DNA of 64,000 nt from an uncultured Spirochaetota bacterium (GCA_963781885.1 CAWAHW010000002.1:1024001-1088000); one strand, 5' to 3'. Positions 9,628-19,476 are shown, counted from the stretch's first letter. The notes: generated from the sequence alone by a model not told the origin. Numbers and translations: made by a program.

Positions 9628-11007
9628 TCAGGCCCCTCCCTTTTCCGTCGGAGCCGACCCGGCCGTATCGGCCGGCGCCCCCTTCAGGCGCCTCACGAAA
9701 TTGTCCGCCTTCATGAATCCCCATTCTATCGTGCCCAGGAGGCCCTGCGGACGCAGGAGCATCAGGAGCAGCAGCGTGAGGGGATAGAGCACGAAACGCC
9801 ACGTCGGGGCCTCGGTGCCCAGCTGTCCCAGGAGGCTTCGCAGGAAGCCCTCCAGGAAGAAGACCCACCCGAACGACGCCGCGATGGCCCCCGACATGCT
9901 TCCCAGTCCGCCAAAGACGACGATGATGAGCGGGTTGAAGCCGGGAAGGAAGCCGAATGTCGCGGGGCTGAGAAACCCGATGTAATGGGCGTAGACCGCG
10001 CCACCCAGACCGGCGACGAAGCTTCCCACGACGAATGCAAGAAGCTTGGAGCCGGCGACATTGATGCCCATCGCTTTTGCGGCAATCTCGTCCTCCCGAA
10101 CGGAGAGGGTCGCCCGCCCGGTGCTCGATCGTACGAAGTTCCTGATGATGATGATCACGGCCAGGAGAAAGACGAAAGCCCAGATCCAGGTCGTGAGCTT
10201 CGGGATGCCGATCATGCCGCGCCCGCCTTTCATTTCAGGGAAGGGCAGGAGGGTATCGGAGTTATCCAGCAGCGTCTTCACGACGATGGCGAAACCCAGC
10301 GTGGCGATGCCAAAGTAATCGCTGCCGAGCGTGAGCACGGGGAGGCCGAAGAGGAAGCTCACTTCCGCGGCGAAACACCCGGCGAATATCACCGACAGGC
10401 CGAAGACGACCTGCTGCATGGCGAAGGAAGCCAGAGGGCCCGGCACATCGGAGGTCCCGAAAAGCGGCGTGAGCGCCGGCGCAATGGCGTTGCCCAGAAG
10501 CACCGCAACAAGTCCTGCCGCGACGATGGCGATCAGATAGAAGGTGAACGCGGACAGCACGGGGATGCCCCGCTTCAGCCGCAGCAGCCGTCCGACGCCG
10601 AAGAGCGCGGCCGCGCCCAGGACCACCCCGATGCCGACCACCAGGAGCCCCGCCGGGTCTCCGTTGCTCCAACGCCAGGTGATGTCGGCGGCGCAGTAGG
10701 CGCCGATGCCATAGAATCCCCACTGCGCAAGGCTGAACTGACCGTTGAAGCCATAGATGAGGTTCAGCCCCATCGCCACCATGGCCATCGTGCAGGCCTG
10801 AAAGAGCAGACCCTGGTCGAACGCGGTGAAGACAGGGGTATCGCCGATCTTCAGGAGGAAAGCGGTTTGCACGATGCCGAATGCCAGGAGGATCGTGAGC
10901 GCCTTCTGCCAGAGCGGCTTGCGTCCCAGGCCCCAGAGCAATCCGTAGATCCAGGCCACCAGGGCCACCATTTTGACGACAGTCAGCAGAAGGTTCGTGA
11001 ATTCCAT
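9628..11007 (-). CDS. livM: Branched-chain amino acid ABC permease
   Basis: GLNLIYGFNGQFSL, DYFGIATLGF, VREDEIAA..MG motifs. Confidence 0.9.
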   Translation of the reverse strand: MEFTNLLLTVVKMVALVAWIYGLLWGLGRKPLWQKALTILLAFGIVQTAFLLKIGDTPVFTAFDQGLLFQACTMAMVAMGLNLIYGFNGQFSLAQWGFYGIGAYCAADITWRWSNGDPAGLLVVGIGVVLGAAALFGVGRLLRLKRGIPVLSAFTFYLIAIVAAGLVAVLLGNAIAPALTPLFGTSDVPGPLASFAMQQVVFGLSVIFAGCFAAEVSFLFGLPVLTLGSDYFGIATLGFAIVVKTLLDNSDTLLPFPEMKGGRGMIGIPKLTTWIWAFVFLLAVIIIIRNFVRSSTGRATLSVREDEIAAKAMGINVAGSKLLAFVVGSFVAGLGGAVYAHYIGFLSPATFGFLPGFNPLIIVVFGGLGSMSGAIAASFGWVFFLEGFLRSLLGQLGTEAPTWRFVLYPLTLLLLMLLRPQGLLGTIEWGFMKADNFVRRLKGAPADTAGSAPTEKGGA

Positions 11008-11021
11008 TTGCCGTCCCCTCC

Positions 11022-12149
11022 CTACGCCTTCTCGCCCGATGGTTCGCCGAAGATGCCGGTCGGCTTGATGAGGAGCACGACGATCAGGATGGTAAACGCC
11101 ACCGCGTCACGCATGGGCGTGGAGATGTAGCCCGCCGTGAGCACCTCGGCCTGTCCCATGATGAGCGCGCCGACGAAGGCGCCGGGGATGCTGCCGATGC
11201 CCCCGAGCACCGCCGCGACAAAGGCCTTCAGGCCCGGGATGATGCCGAGGATGGGGGTGATGGAGGCGTAGGAAATCGCGTAGAGGACGCCGCCGAGGCC
11301 GGCAAATGCCGCGCCGATGGCGAAGGTGAAGGAGATCACCCGGTCCACGTTGATGCCCATGAGGCGCGCCGTGGGCTTGTCGAAGGAAGAGGCGCGCATG
11401 GCCATGCCGATCTTCGTGCGGCGGACGATGAACTGGAGCAGGATCTGCACGATGATCGAGGCGGCCATGATGATGAGAAAGATGTTGGAAAAGGTGACGC
11501 TATGGGACGGAGTTTCGACGCCGGCCGTGATGCGGTGGATGCCGCCCGAGATGTACCACGCCACGGTGTCGAAGGGGCTCTTGTAGGGGATGAAGCGCGC
11601 CGTGTAGACGAATTGGAGGTTGCCGAAATATTCGAGGAAGAATGAGACGCCGATGGCCGTGATGAGGGCCGCGATGCGGGGGGCGTCGCGCAGGGGCTTG
11701 TAGGCCACCCGCTCGATGGTGACGGCCAGCAGCGTACAAACCACCATCGAAAGGATGATGACGGTGGCGGACCCGATGACGATGGAGAGCCCGCCGCCGA
11801 TGCCCGGGAAGGCGAGCGACGGCCACTTGTGCAGACCGAAGCGGGCGACGGCGAAGTAGCTCGTGAAGGCGCCCACCATGAAGACGTCGCCGTGGGCGAA
11901 GTTGATGAGCTTCACGATACCGTAGACCATCGTGTATCCCAGCGCAATGAGCGCGTAGACAAAGCCAAGCTTCAGCCCATCCAGGACGTTCTGCGCCAGC
12001 AGAGTCGGGTTCCTGACGCCCTGCGAGACGATGATCCACAGCACCCCGAGCGCGAGGAGGAGGAGAAAGGCCCAGCCGACCCATGCGAGGGGCGGCCGCC
12101 GAACGCTGAGGCGGGGAAGGGACGGGACGGCATTGCGTGATACTGGCAT
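11022..12149 (-). CDS. livH: Branched-chain amino acid ABC permease
   Basis: YALIALGYTMVYGIVKLINFAHG and GLKAFVAAVLGGIGS. Confidence 0.92.
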   Translation of the reverse strand: MPVSRNAVPSLPRLSVRRPPLAWVGWAFLLLLALGVLWIIVSQGVRNPTLLAQNVLDGLKLGFVYALIALGYTMVYGIVKLINFAHGDVFMVGAFTSYFAVARFGLHKWPSLAFPGIGGGLSIVIGSATVIILSMVVCTLLAVTIERVAYKPLRDAPRIAALITAIGVSFFLEYFGNLQFVYTARFIPYKSPFDTVAWYISGGIHRITAGVETPSHSVTFSNIFLIIMAASIIVQILLQFIVRRTKIGMAMRASSFDKPTARLMGINVDRVISFTFAIGAAFAGLGGVLYAISYASITPILGIIPGLKAFVAAVLGGIGSIPGAFVGALIMGQAEVLTAGYISTPMRDAVAFTILIVVLLIKPTGIFGEPSGEKA

Positions 12150-12182
12150 GTGCGCTCCGGTCTACGAAAGAGATTCAAAGAA

Positions 12183-12206
12183 GAGGGCAACCCGCGGGTT
12201 GCCCTC
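12183..12206 (-). terminator. Perfect hairpin between livK and livH
   Basis: GAGGGCAACCCGCGGGTTGCCCTC followed by TTCTTT on the minus strand. Confidence 0.65.
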
Positions 12207-12227
12207 CGAGAAACGTCGAAGCAGTGC

Positions 12228-13367
12228 TTACGGCTGGACGAATGAGTTGTAGGTGATCTCTCCGCCTTCAACCTTCAGGATGACCGCGCCCTTGATGGGG
12301 TTGTGCTGCGCATCAAAGGTGATGTTGCCGGAGACGCCGGCGAACTTGATCTTTTCGAGCGCGACACGGACCTTGTCGGTGTTGTCGGCGCCCGCGTTCT
12401 TGATCCCCTGGAGGATCATGTTGGTGGCGTCATAGGCCAGAGCGGCGAGGGCGTCAGGAACGATTGCATTGCCTGAGTCGTCCTGGTACTTCGCGCCGTA
12501 GGCCTTGAGGAAGTTCTGAACCTCGGGCCTCTGGTCGCCGGAGAAGTAGTGGTTGGTGTAGTAACCGCCTGCTGCGGCAATCTTGTCCAGGTCGGAAGAA
12601 TCCCAGCCATCACCGCCCATGAACGGAACAGTGAGGCCCTTCTCCTTGGCCTGCTTGGTGGCAAGGTTCACGACGTTGTAATAGTCGGGCAGGTACACGA
12701 TATCGGGCTTCGCGTCCTTGATCTTCGCGAGAATGGCGGAGAAGTCCGTGTCCGTGCCGGTGTAGCTTTCTTTGCCGACGATCGTGCCGCCGAAGCCCTT
12801 GAAGGTGGATTCGAAAGCAGCGGAAAGACCCACGACGTAGTCATTGGCCTGGTCGACCATGAGGAATGCCTTCTTTGCGTTCAGGTTCTTGAACGCAAAA
12901 GTGGCTCCCACCTTGCCCTGGAAGGGGTCGATGAAGCACGCGCGGAAAATATACGGCTTTGCCTTGCCATTCTTGTCGATCGTGAACGCGGTCGCCGTCG
13001 AAGTTCCGCTGATCTGGATGACCTTGGCTGCGTTGGCGATTTCGGACACGGGGATGGAGGCCTTGGAGCAGACCTCGCCCATGATGTAGTGGACCCCGTC
13101 CTGGTTGATGACCTTGTTGGCCGCGTTGACCGCGGGGTCAGGCGTGCACTGGCTGTCCTCGACGATCGGCACGATCTTCATACCCAGAACGCCGCCCTTG
13201 GCGTTCCACTGGTCGATGGCCAGAAGGGCGCCATCACGGGTCGACACGCCGAATGTCGGCACGGGGCCCGAGAGGGGCGCCAGGATGGCGAGCTTGAGGT
13301 CAGCGGCGCCCGCAGCGACCGCCAACACCAGCCCCATGATGACGAGGAGCGGAAGAAGACGCTTCAT
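12228..13367 (-). CDS. livK: Branched-chain amino acid ABC substrate-binding protein
   Basis: Signal peptide; PLSG..TFG, NAKGGVLG, FRACFIDPFQG; AAGGAGG SD before ATG 13367. Confidence 0.9.
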   Translation of the reverse strand: MKRLLPLLVIMGLVLAVAAGAADLKLAILAPLSGPVPTFGVSTRDGALLAIDQWNAKGGVLGMKIVPIVEDSQCTPDPAVNAANKVINQDGVHYIMGEVCSKASIPVSEIANAAKVIQISGTSTATAFTIDKNGKAKPYIFRACFIDPFQGKVGATFAFKNLNAKKAFLMVDQANDYVVGLSAAFESTFKGFGGTIVGKESYTGTDTDFSAILAKIKDAKPDIVYLPDYYNVVNLATKQAKEKGLTVPFMGGDGWDSSDLDKIAAAGGYYTNHYFSGDQRPEVQNFLKAYGAKYQDDSGNAIVPDALAALAYDATNMILQGIKNAGADNTDKVRVALEKIKFAGVSGNITFDAQHNPIKGAVILKVEGGEITYNSFVQP

Positions 13368-13559
13368 GGAAACCTCCTTACGATGAATGCTCACGGTTTG
13401 ACAAACCGCCTCGCCGCTCGATCCACGTTCCTTGTCAGATTCCCCTGCGCTGCACGTCTTTTCTGCCTGCCGACAAGCCGTTGGTCGTTCGGCCGTTCAT
13501 CAGAGAACAATCTCTAGGCCTGGAAACTTATACCGGCCGTGCATAAGCTGTCAATAAGA

Positions 13560-13979
13560 TCACGCTCCCGCTTTCCGCGGTGCCGCGGGAAGGACACTGT
13601 TGCGCACCTCCGGGATGTCCACGTACCAGATCTGAAACGCGGAGAAGAGCATGGAAATCACGGCGATGATCACGTAGCCGGTATTGATGCGCTGAACGCC
13701 GCCGACGTACTCCGTGGCGTGCGGAAGGAACATCATCAGCCTGCTGATGATGCTGAATCCCTGGGCAAATGCGAGGAGGCGCCAGGGCGCTGCCGACTGC
13801 GTGCGGCGGACCAGGATCTGCACGATCGCGACGATCACGAGGATCGTGAGGAAGGCCGGAAGCCACCATTCCTGAGATTTGATGGTGAATGCCGAAAGGG
13901 GAAAGATGATCAGCGGCACGATCTGCAGTATCAGCATGACGGGCACTGCGGCACGGGAGGCGAGCATCTTGCGAAACAT
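13560..13979 (-). CDS. Hypothetical four-TM membrane protein
   Basis: Four hydrophobic segments; extended -10 TGATAATGT 6 nt before the ATG. Confidence 0.65.
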   Translation of the reverse strand: MFRKMLASRAAVPVMLILQIVPLIIFPLSAFTIKSQEWWLPAFLTILVIVAIVQILVRRTQSAAPWRLLAFAQGFSIISRLMMFLPHATEYVGGVQRINTGYVIIAVISMLFSAFQIWYVDIPEVRNSVLPAAPRKAGA

Positions 13980-14032
13980 GGGCCGACATTATCACGCCCG
14001 GCCCTTCATGTCGAGCGTTTTTATGCGCGAAT

Positions 14033-14105
14033 AGCCAAGACTGGGACTCGAACCCAGGACCTGCGCATTACGAATGCGCTGCTCTACCAGCTGAGCTATC
14101 TTGGC
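14033..14105 (-). tRNA. tRNA-Thr(CGT)
   Basis: GCCAAGATAGCTCAGCTGGTAGAGCA-GCGCA-TTCGTAA-TGCGC...GGTTCGAGTCC; no CCA. Confidence 0.95.
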
Positions 14106-14263
14106 GTTAATTCCTTGTCGCGCATCATTCTAAATCAAGTCTCACGCAGCCGTACATCCCTGCCGTATCGGGGGAAACACTAACTTCCCCCCCCTCGCGT
14201 GTCAAGTGACGGCGCGGCGCACGCGGGGATTTGCTTGGAGAAGCCTTCGGCGCGGCGCTTTCC

Positions 14264-14593
14264 TCAGCCTTCCGCCGTCCAGTTCAGGACGAAGGCTCCG
14301 GACTTGTCCGTAAAGGATCCCACGCACGCCATGATGAAGTCCACGAGGACCCAGATGGAAAGGACGTTCCAACCGAAGAAGATGAAGAGCACACCCGTCC
14401 CCGCCTTGCCGACGTAGAACCGGTGAATTCCGATCCAGCCCAGGAAAAGGCAGAGAAGCACGACCGCGAGCCTGCTTTTCTGGCTGACGGCCTTGTTCGT
14501 CACGGTGGCGGATCCGGCCTTCATCGGGTGTCCGCAGCTGGGACAGGTGACGGCTTGGTCGGACAACTCCTTGCCGCAATTCGGACAGAACAT
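14264..14593 (-). CDS. Zinc-ribbon plus TM2 domain protein
   Basis: MFCPNCG..CPSCG and KSRLAVVLLCLFLGWIGIHRFYVGK. Confidence 0.9.
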   Translation of the reverse strand: MFCPNCGKELSDQAVTCPSCGHPMKAGSATVTNKAVSQKSRLAVVLLCLFLGWIGIHRFYVGKAGTGVLFIFFGWNVLSIWVLVDFIMACVGSFTDKSGAFVLNWTAEG

Positions 14594-14689
14594 CGGTGCC
14601 CTCCTTATTTATGACACTGCAAAATACACGACTCCCGCGCTGTCCGCAAGGCCGAAAGTCTGAAGGCCGGCGGCGTCGGCTTTCTCACG

Positions 14690-14716
14690 TCAAGGAAGCT
14701 GGCGGGCTTCCGATAA
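14690..14716 (+). promoter_or_regulatory. Sigma-28 (FliA)-type promoter of the flgF operon
   Basis: TCAA-N15-TCCGATAA, 23 nt upstream of the flgF GTG. Confidence 0.7.
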
Positions 14717-14739
14717 TGGAAAGAGGACAGGAGGCGCTC

Positions 14740-15585
14740 GTGGTTCGAGGGCTGTACACCGCCGCCAGCGGCATGAACGTCCAGCAGAACAGGCTGGACG
14801 AGATCGCCAACAACCTGGCGAATGTCGATCTCACCGGGTACAAAAAAGATACCGCCATCCAGAAGGCGTTCCCGGAAATGCTCATGAGGCGCATGAACGA
14901 CAATGGCGTCTACGTGTTCCCCTTTGGGTCGGTGGACACCATGCCCATCGTGGGCACCGTCGGGACCGGCGTGGAGACGAACGAGGTCTATACGAACTTC
15001 ACGCAGGGCGCCCTGAAGCAGACGGAGAACGATTTCGACGTCGCCCTGGAGGGCAATGGGTTCTTCACGGTGCAAACCCCCCAGGGGGAGCGACTCACGC
15101 GCAATGGCTCCTTCCTGCTCAACAGCGACGGCTACCTCGTCACGAAGTCCGGCGATTTTGTGCTCGGGGAGAACGGCCCGATCAAGCTGAAGAAAAACAA
15201 CTTCACCATCGACGAGGACGGCAATGTGTGGCAGAACGCGACATTCGCCTCCGACGACAAGCGCCTGGTCTCGCAGGACGAGAACCAGTGGGAGAACACG
15301 CAGAAAGTGGACCGGCTGCGCATCGTCGACGTGAAGCGCGACCGCTATCTGCAGAAGCAGGGCAACTCGTACTGGCTCACCACCGACGAATCGGGGGCCG
15401 CGCAGGTCATCGACGGCGCGCGTCCCAAGGTGCGCCAGGGATTCCTCGAAGCGGCAAATGTGAGTGCGGTGCAGGAGATGGTGGAGATGATCGAGGTCAA
15501 CCGCGCCTACGACGCGAACCAGAAGACCATCCAGACGGAAGACGCCTTGATCGGAAAACTGTGGAATGAGGTGGTGAAAGTATGA
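14740..15585 (+). CDS. flgF: Flagellar basal-body rod protein FlgF/FlhO
   Basis: GLYTAASGM, IANNLAN..TGYKKD, TRNGSF, QGFLEAANV; GGAGG SD. Confidence 0.88.
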   Translation: MVRGLYTAASGMNVQQNRLDEIANNLANVDLTGYKKDTAIQKAFPEMLMRRMNDNGVYVFPFGSVDTMPIVGTVGTGVETNEVYTNFTQGALKQTENDFDVALEGNGFFTVQTPQGERLTRNGSFLLNSDGYLVTKSGDFVLGENGPIKLKKNNFTIDEDGNVWQNATFASDDKRLVSQDENQWENTQKVDRLRIVDVKRDRYLQKQGNSYWLTTDESGAAQVIDGARPKVRQGFLEAANVSAVQEMVEMIEVNRAYDANQKTIQTEDALIGKLWNEVVKV

Positions 15586-16376
15586 TGCGCTCACTGTGGA
15601 CTGCCGCGTCGGGCATGGAGGGGCAGCAGTTCAACATCGACACGATTTCCAACAACCTCGCAAACGTCAACACGACGGGGTTCAAGCAGATGCGCGCCGA
15701 CTTCGAGGACCTGCTCTACCAGACGCAGAAGCTCGCGGGCACCCCGGCAACGGAAGACACGGTGCTCCCGACGGGCGTGCAGGTGGGGCACGGCGTGCGG
15801 CCCGGGGCGACCCAGGAGATCTTCACGCAAGGCGCCCTCCAGTCAACGGGCAACCCCGCGGACATGGCCATCGAAGGCGACGGCTTCTTCCGCGTCATCC
15901 AGCTCGACGGAACCTACGGCTATACGCGGGACGGCTCCTTCAAGATCGACTCCAACGGCCAGGTCGTGACCTCGGACGGCTACAAGCTCTCCCCCGAGGT
16001 GATCCTGCCCGAGGGCTTCGTGCCCGACAGCCTCACCGTTTCGCAGGACGGACGCATCACGGTGAAAGTGGCCGGCAGCGACGACCCGATCGAGGTGGGT
16101 CAGCTCGAAATCTACCGATTCGTGAATCCCGCGGGGCTCGAAGCCCTCGGGCAGAACCTGTTGAAGGTCACCAATGCGTCAGGTGACGCAATCCCCGGCC
16201 GGCCGGGATTCGACGGCATGGGCAAGGTGCTGCAGAAGTTCCTGGAGATGTCCAACGTGTCGGTCGTGAAGGAGATGGTGAATATGATCGTCGCGCAGCG
16301 GGCCTACGAGCTGAACTCGCGCGCCATCCAGACCTCCGACTCCATGCTCGCAACGGCGACGTCGCTGAAGAGGTAG
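15582..16376 (+). CDS. flgG: Flagellar distal rod protein
   Basis: MMRSLWTAASGM, FEDLLYQ, TRDGSF, LEMSNV, QRAYELNS. Confidence 0.95.
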   Translation: MMRSLWTAASGMEGQQFNIDTISNNLANVNTTGFKQMRADFEDLLYQTQKLAGTPATEDTVLPTGVQVGHGVRPGATQEIFTQGALQSTGNPADMAIEGDGFFRVIQLDGTYGYTRDGSFKIDSNGQVVTSDGYKLSPEVILPEGFVPDSLTVSQDGRITVKVAGSDDPIEVGQLEIYRFVNPAGLEALGQNLLKVTNASGDAIPGRPGFDGMGKVLQKFLEMSNVSVVKEMVNMIVAQRAYELNSRAIQTSDSMLATATSLKR

Positions 16377-16388
16377 GCTGAAAGCCGC

Positions 16389-17153
16389 ATGAGACCGCGC
16401 CGCGCCATCCGTGCCCTGACCGTGCTCGCGCTGCTGCTCGTTTCGATGGCGGCCTTTGCCCAGGGAGCGACGCTGTACGTGACGCGGGTGCTGGTCGCGG
16501 AGCGCGGCGACGTCAAGCTCGGCGACATCGTCCGGCCTTCCGGCGGTGTGGCCGCGGCCGCGCGGGAAACCTTGTCCCGCAGCATCGGGACGCTGGCCGA
16601 CAAACCACTGTACATGCCGGTGGCATCGTATCTTGCCGACCTGGAGTCGGCTTTCGGACAGGATGCCATCATCGTCGGCTCGCGGACGCTGATCGTCCCG
16701 AAAGGCACGACGCTGGAACAGGAGTCCTACGCGCTCGATCGCCTGGTCGACTTCCTGCAGTCCAAGGGCCTGCTTTCCGATTCCGCCCAGGAGCTCCCCC
16801 TCACGCAGAATGTCATGAAGGGTGCTGCCATGGTCGACGGAACGCCCATCTTCCAGGCGCAGAAGAGCCGCGGACAGACGGATGTTTCATTCTCCCTGAC
16901 CGGCGCAGACGGGAGCTCGGTGACGGGCCGGGTAACGCTTGCGGCCGCGTCCGCCGATGCGACCGCGGGTGTGACGCCCGGCAGCACCGTCACGGTGCTT
17001 TTCCACAAGGGGCCCATCACGATACAGATGCCCGGCAAGGCCATGGGCTCGGCTTCCATGGGGGACAGCGTGAGCGTTTATGTCGCCGACAGCCAGAAAA
17101 GCTTCATGGGAACCCTCGCTGACGGGAAGGCGGTGAATGTTGACCTGCCGTAA
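16389..17153 (+). CDS. FlgA-like P-ring assembly chaperone (putative)
   Basis: Signal peptide; C-terminal SAF-like G..VTV..HKG..TI...GKAM.S...GD.V; lies between flgG and flgI. Confidence 0.6.
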   Translation: MRPRRAIRALTVLALLLVSMAAFAQGATLYVTRVLVAERGDVKLGDIVRPSGGVAAAARETLSRSIGTLADKPLYMPVASYLADLESAFGQDAIIVGSRTLIVPKGTTLEQESYALDRLVDFLQSKGLLSDSAQELPLTQNVMKGAAMVDGTPIFQAQKSRGQTDVSFSLTGADGSSVTGRVTLAAASADATAGVTPGSTVTVLFHKGPITIQMPGKAMGSASMGDSVSVYVADSQKSFMGTLADGKAVNVDLP

Positions 17154-18147
17154 GCCGTCCGTCCTTGTGCTCCTTTTTGTCGCCGCTGTCGCATCGGCAG
17201 CTCCTGCCGTGCGGATAGAGGACATTGCGTCGGTGCGGGGGGTGCGGGGGAACCAGATACTCGGCATGGGCCTCGTGACCGGTCTCGACGGCAAGGGAGA
17301 CTCCTCGACGTCACCCCTGCTGCGGTCCACGCTGTCGTCGCTCGTGTCCAGCTTCGGGGTTGCTTTGGCGCCCGCCGACGTGCGCAGTAAGAACGCCGCC
17401 GTGGTCATGGTGAGCGCGGAGCTCCCGGCCTTTGCCCGGGCCGGCGACCGCATCGACGTCACCGTGTCGAGCTTCGGCGACGCGCGCGACCTGGGCGGCG
17501 GCATCCTCCTCCAGGCGAATCTGCAGGCGGCGAACGGGCAAACCTACGCCGTGGCCCAGGGCCGCGTGCTCACGACCAGCGATCCCAACGGCGCAAAGAC
17601 CGTCGGCAACATCTCCCAGGGGGCGATCGTGGAGAAGGACGTGGTCTCCACGTACCTGGACAACAATGTCGTCTCCATCGTCCTGCGCAATCCCGACTTC
17701 GTGACCGCGAGCGCCGTTCAGAAAGCCATCGAGGTCGCCTTCTCGGGCATCAGCGTCACGAGCAGGGATGCATCGCTCATCGACGTGCAGCTTCCCGAAG
17801 CGAACCGCGCCAACCCCGTTGCATTCCTCGCGCAGTTGGAGGCGCTCACCGTCACCCCGGACTCCGAGGGGAGGGTGGTGATCAATGCTGCCAACGGCGT
17901 GATCGTCATGGGAGAGAAGGTGCGCATCGGCAAGGTTGCCGTTTCCTACCGCACCGCACGGGTGACCGTGGGCGGCACCGGGTCCGCCGCGCAGCCTCCC
18001 GACATCTTCGTGCTGGGCGATACGACGACCGTGGACGACTTCGTTTCGGCCCTGAAGGCGGTGGGCCTCAAGGCGGACGTGATCATCGGCGTGCTCCAGG
18101 CCGTTGAAAAGGCCGGCGCGCTTTTCGGCAATCTCGTGATCATGTAG
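17137..18147 (+). CDS. flgI: Flagellar P-ring protein
   Basis: RIEDIASVRGVRGNQILGMGLVTGLDGKGD, KNAAVVMVSAELP, YAVAQG. Confidence 0.93.
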   Translation: MLTCRKPSVLVLLFVAAVASAAPAVRIEDIASVRGVRGNQILGMGLVTGLDGKGDSSTSPLLRSTLSSLVSSFGVALAPADVRSKNAAVVMVSAELPAFARAGDRIDVTVSSFGDARDLGGGILLQANLQAANGQTYAVAQGRVLTTSDPNGAKTVGNISQGAIVEKDVVSTYLDNNVVSIVLRNPDFVTASAVQKAIEVAFSGISVTSRDASLIDVQLPEANRANPVAFLAQLEALTVTPDSEGRVVINAANGVIVMGEKVRIGKVAVSYRTARVTVGGTGSAAQPPDIFVLGDTTTVDDFVSALKAVGLKADVIIGVLQAVEKAGALFGNLVIM

Positions 18148-18156
18148 GGGGGGATC

Positions 18157-18456
18157 ATGCAGGTGACGTCGGTCAGCAACAGTTATTCGTACCCGCTCAA
18201 CAGCTCCCAGGTAAAGAAGCCGATCGATAAATCCAGCGAGCTGTACAAGGCCAGCGAAGATTTCGAGGCGCTTTTCATCAAGCAGATGCTCGACGTCATG
18301 CGGAAGACAATCCACAAGGAAGATGACCTCCTGGGCAACGGCATGGGTCAGGATATGTACGAGGACATGCTCTACGATGAATATGCAAAGAAGATGGCCG
18401 AAACCGCCCAGTTCGGGCTGGCCGACATGATTTATCAGCAGGTTTCATCGAAATAA
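18157..18456 (+). CDS. flgJ: Single-domain rod-binding FlgJ (no muramidase domain)
   Basis: ASEDFEALFIKQMLDVMRKT, YEDML.DEYA, FGLADMIYQQ. Confidence 0.88.
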   Translation: MQVTSVSNSYSYPLNSSQVKKPIDKSSELYKASEDFEALFIKQMLDVMRKTIHKEDDLLGNGMGQDMYEDMLYDEYAKKMAETAQFGLADMIYQQVSSK

Positions 18457-18467
18457 TAGGCAACAAC

Positions 18468-18485
18468 TGTATCAAAAAGAATACA
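18468..18485. promoter_or_regulatory. Candidate enhancer (UAS) for a sigma54 activator
   Basis: TGTAT-N8-ATACA palindrome about 100 bp upstream of the -24 element, in an AT-rich spacer. Confidence 0.45.
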
Positions 18486-18576
18486 ATAGCACCAGATTCG
18501 GAATTCCAGTTGTCATTCTTATAATTAAATTCTTACGCAGTAATAAAATAATCGCAAATCTTGTGGCTCAAGCGAA

Positions 18577-18592
18577 TGGCATGAATATTGCT
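18577..18592 (+). promoter_or_regulatory. Sigma54 (-24/-12) promoter of rpoS
   Basis: TGGCAT-GAATA-TTGCT matches TGGCAC-N5-TTGCW with exact spacing. Confidence 0.85.
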
Positions 18593-18614
18593 ACATAATG
18601 TGCAGGGTAGCTCA

Positions 18615-19460
18615 ATGAGCAGGAAAAGAGAGATATCGACTTCCACAGACGATAACCTCAAATCCTACTTCGACCAGATCAAGAAGGCCAAGCTTCTGAC
18701 ATTCGAGGAGGAGCTGGAGCTTTCCCGCAGGATCCAGGCCGGCGATGAGGCAGCCCGGTCCCGGCTCATCGAATCGAATCTCCGCCTTGTCGTGCGCATC
18801 GCGAAAAACTACCTGACGCCGGAGGTGACGATACTCGACCTTATCCAGGAAGGAAACCTTGGACTTATGAAGGCAGTCTCCAAATACGATTACAGGAAGC
18901 AGGTGCGCTTCAGCACCTACGCCTCGTGGTGGATCAAGCAGGCGATCGTCCGATCCCTTTCGAACAAGAAGCGCGTGATCAGGCTCCCGCATCGGCAGGA
19001 AGAGAAGCTGCGAAAGATCAACAAGATCTACAACAACCTGTCGCAGGTCCTCATGCGGGAGCCCTCCCTCCAGGAGATCGCCGATGAGATCGGGCTCCAG
19101 GAGGAGGAGGTTTCCTCCATCATCAATTCATCCGGATCGGTGGCCTCCCTTGATGCGACACTGTCCTCCGATTCCGGGAGCCTGCACGACATCGTGGAAG
19201 ATACCGCCTACGAGCCGAGCCAGGACCTCATGAAAAAGACCCTCCAGGAGGACACGCTGCGCTTTCTCAACGCCCTGCAGGACAAGGAAAGGCAGATACT
19301 GCTGTACAGATTCTCCTTCGTGAGCGGGAAGCGTTATACCCTGAAAAAGATCGGCGACGAGCTGGGAATTTCTCCCGAGACGGTGCGGCAGATCGAGCTG
19401 CGCGCCCTCAAGAAACTCAAGGGGTTCTCCGATGAGCTGAAGGAGTATGTCTACAACTGA
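18615..19460 (+). CDS. rpoS: RpoS-like alternative sigma factor (Borrelia-type)
   Basis: NLRLVV, DLIQEGNLGL, FSTYASWWIKQ, and ETVRQIE variant of region 4.2; downstream of flgI-flgJ with a sigma54 promoter. Confidence 0.75.
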   Translation: MSRKREISTSTDDNLKSYFDQIKKAKLLTFEEELELSRRIQAGDEAARSRLIESNLRLVVRIAKNYLTPEVTILDLIQEGNLGLMKAVSKYDYRKQVRFSTYASWWIKQAIVRSLSNKKRVIRLPHRQEEKLRKINKIYNNLSQVLMREPSLQEIADEIGLQEEEVSSIINSSGSVASLDATLSSDSGSLHDIVEDTAYEPSQDLMKKTLQEDTLRFLNALQDKERQILLYRFSFVSGKRYTLKKIGDELGISPETVRQIELRALKKLKGFSDELKEYVYN

Positions 19461-19476
19461 GACTGCGGAATAGCTC

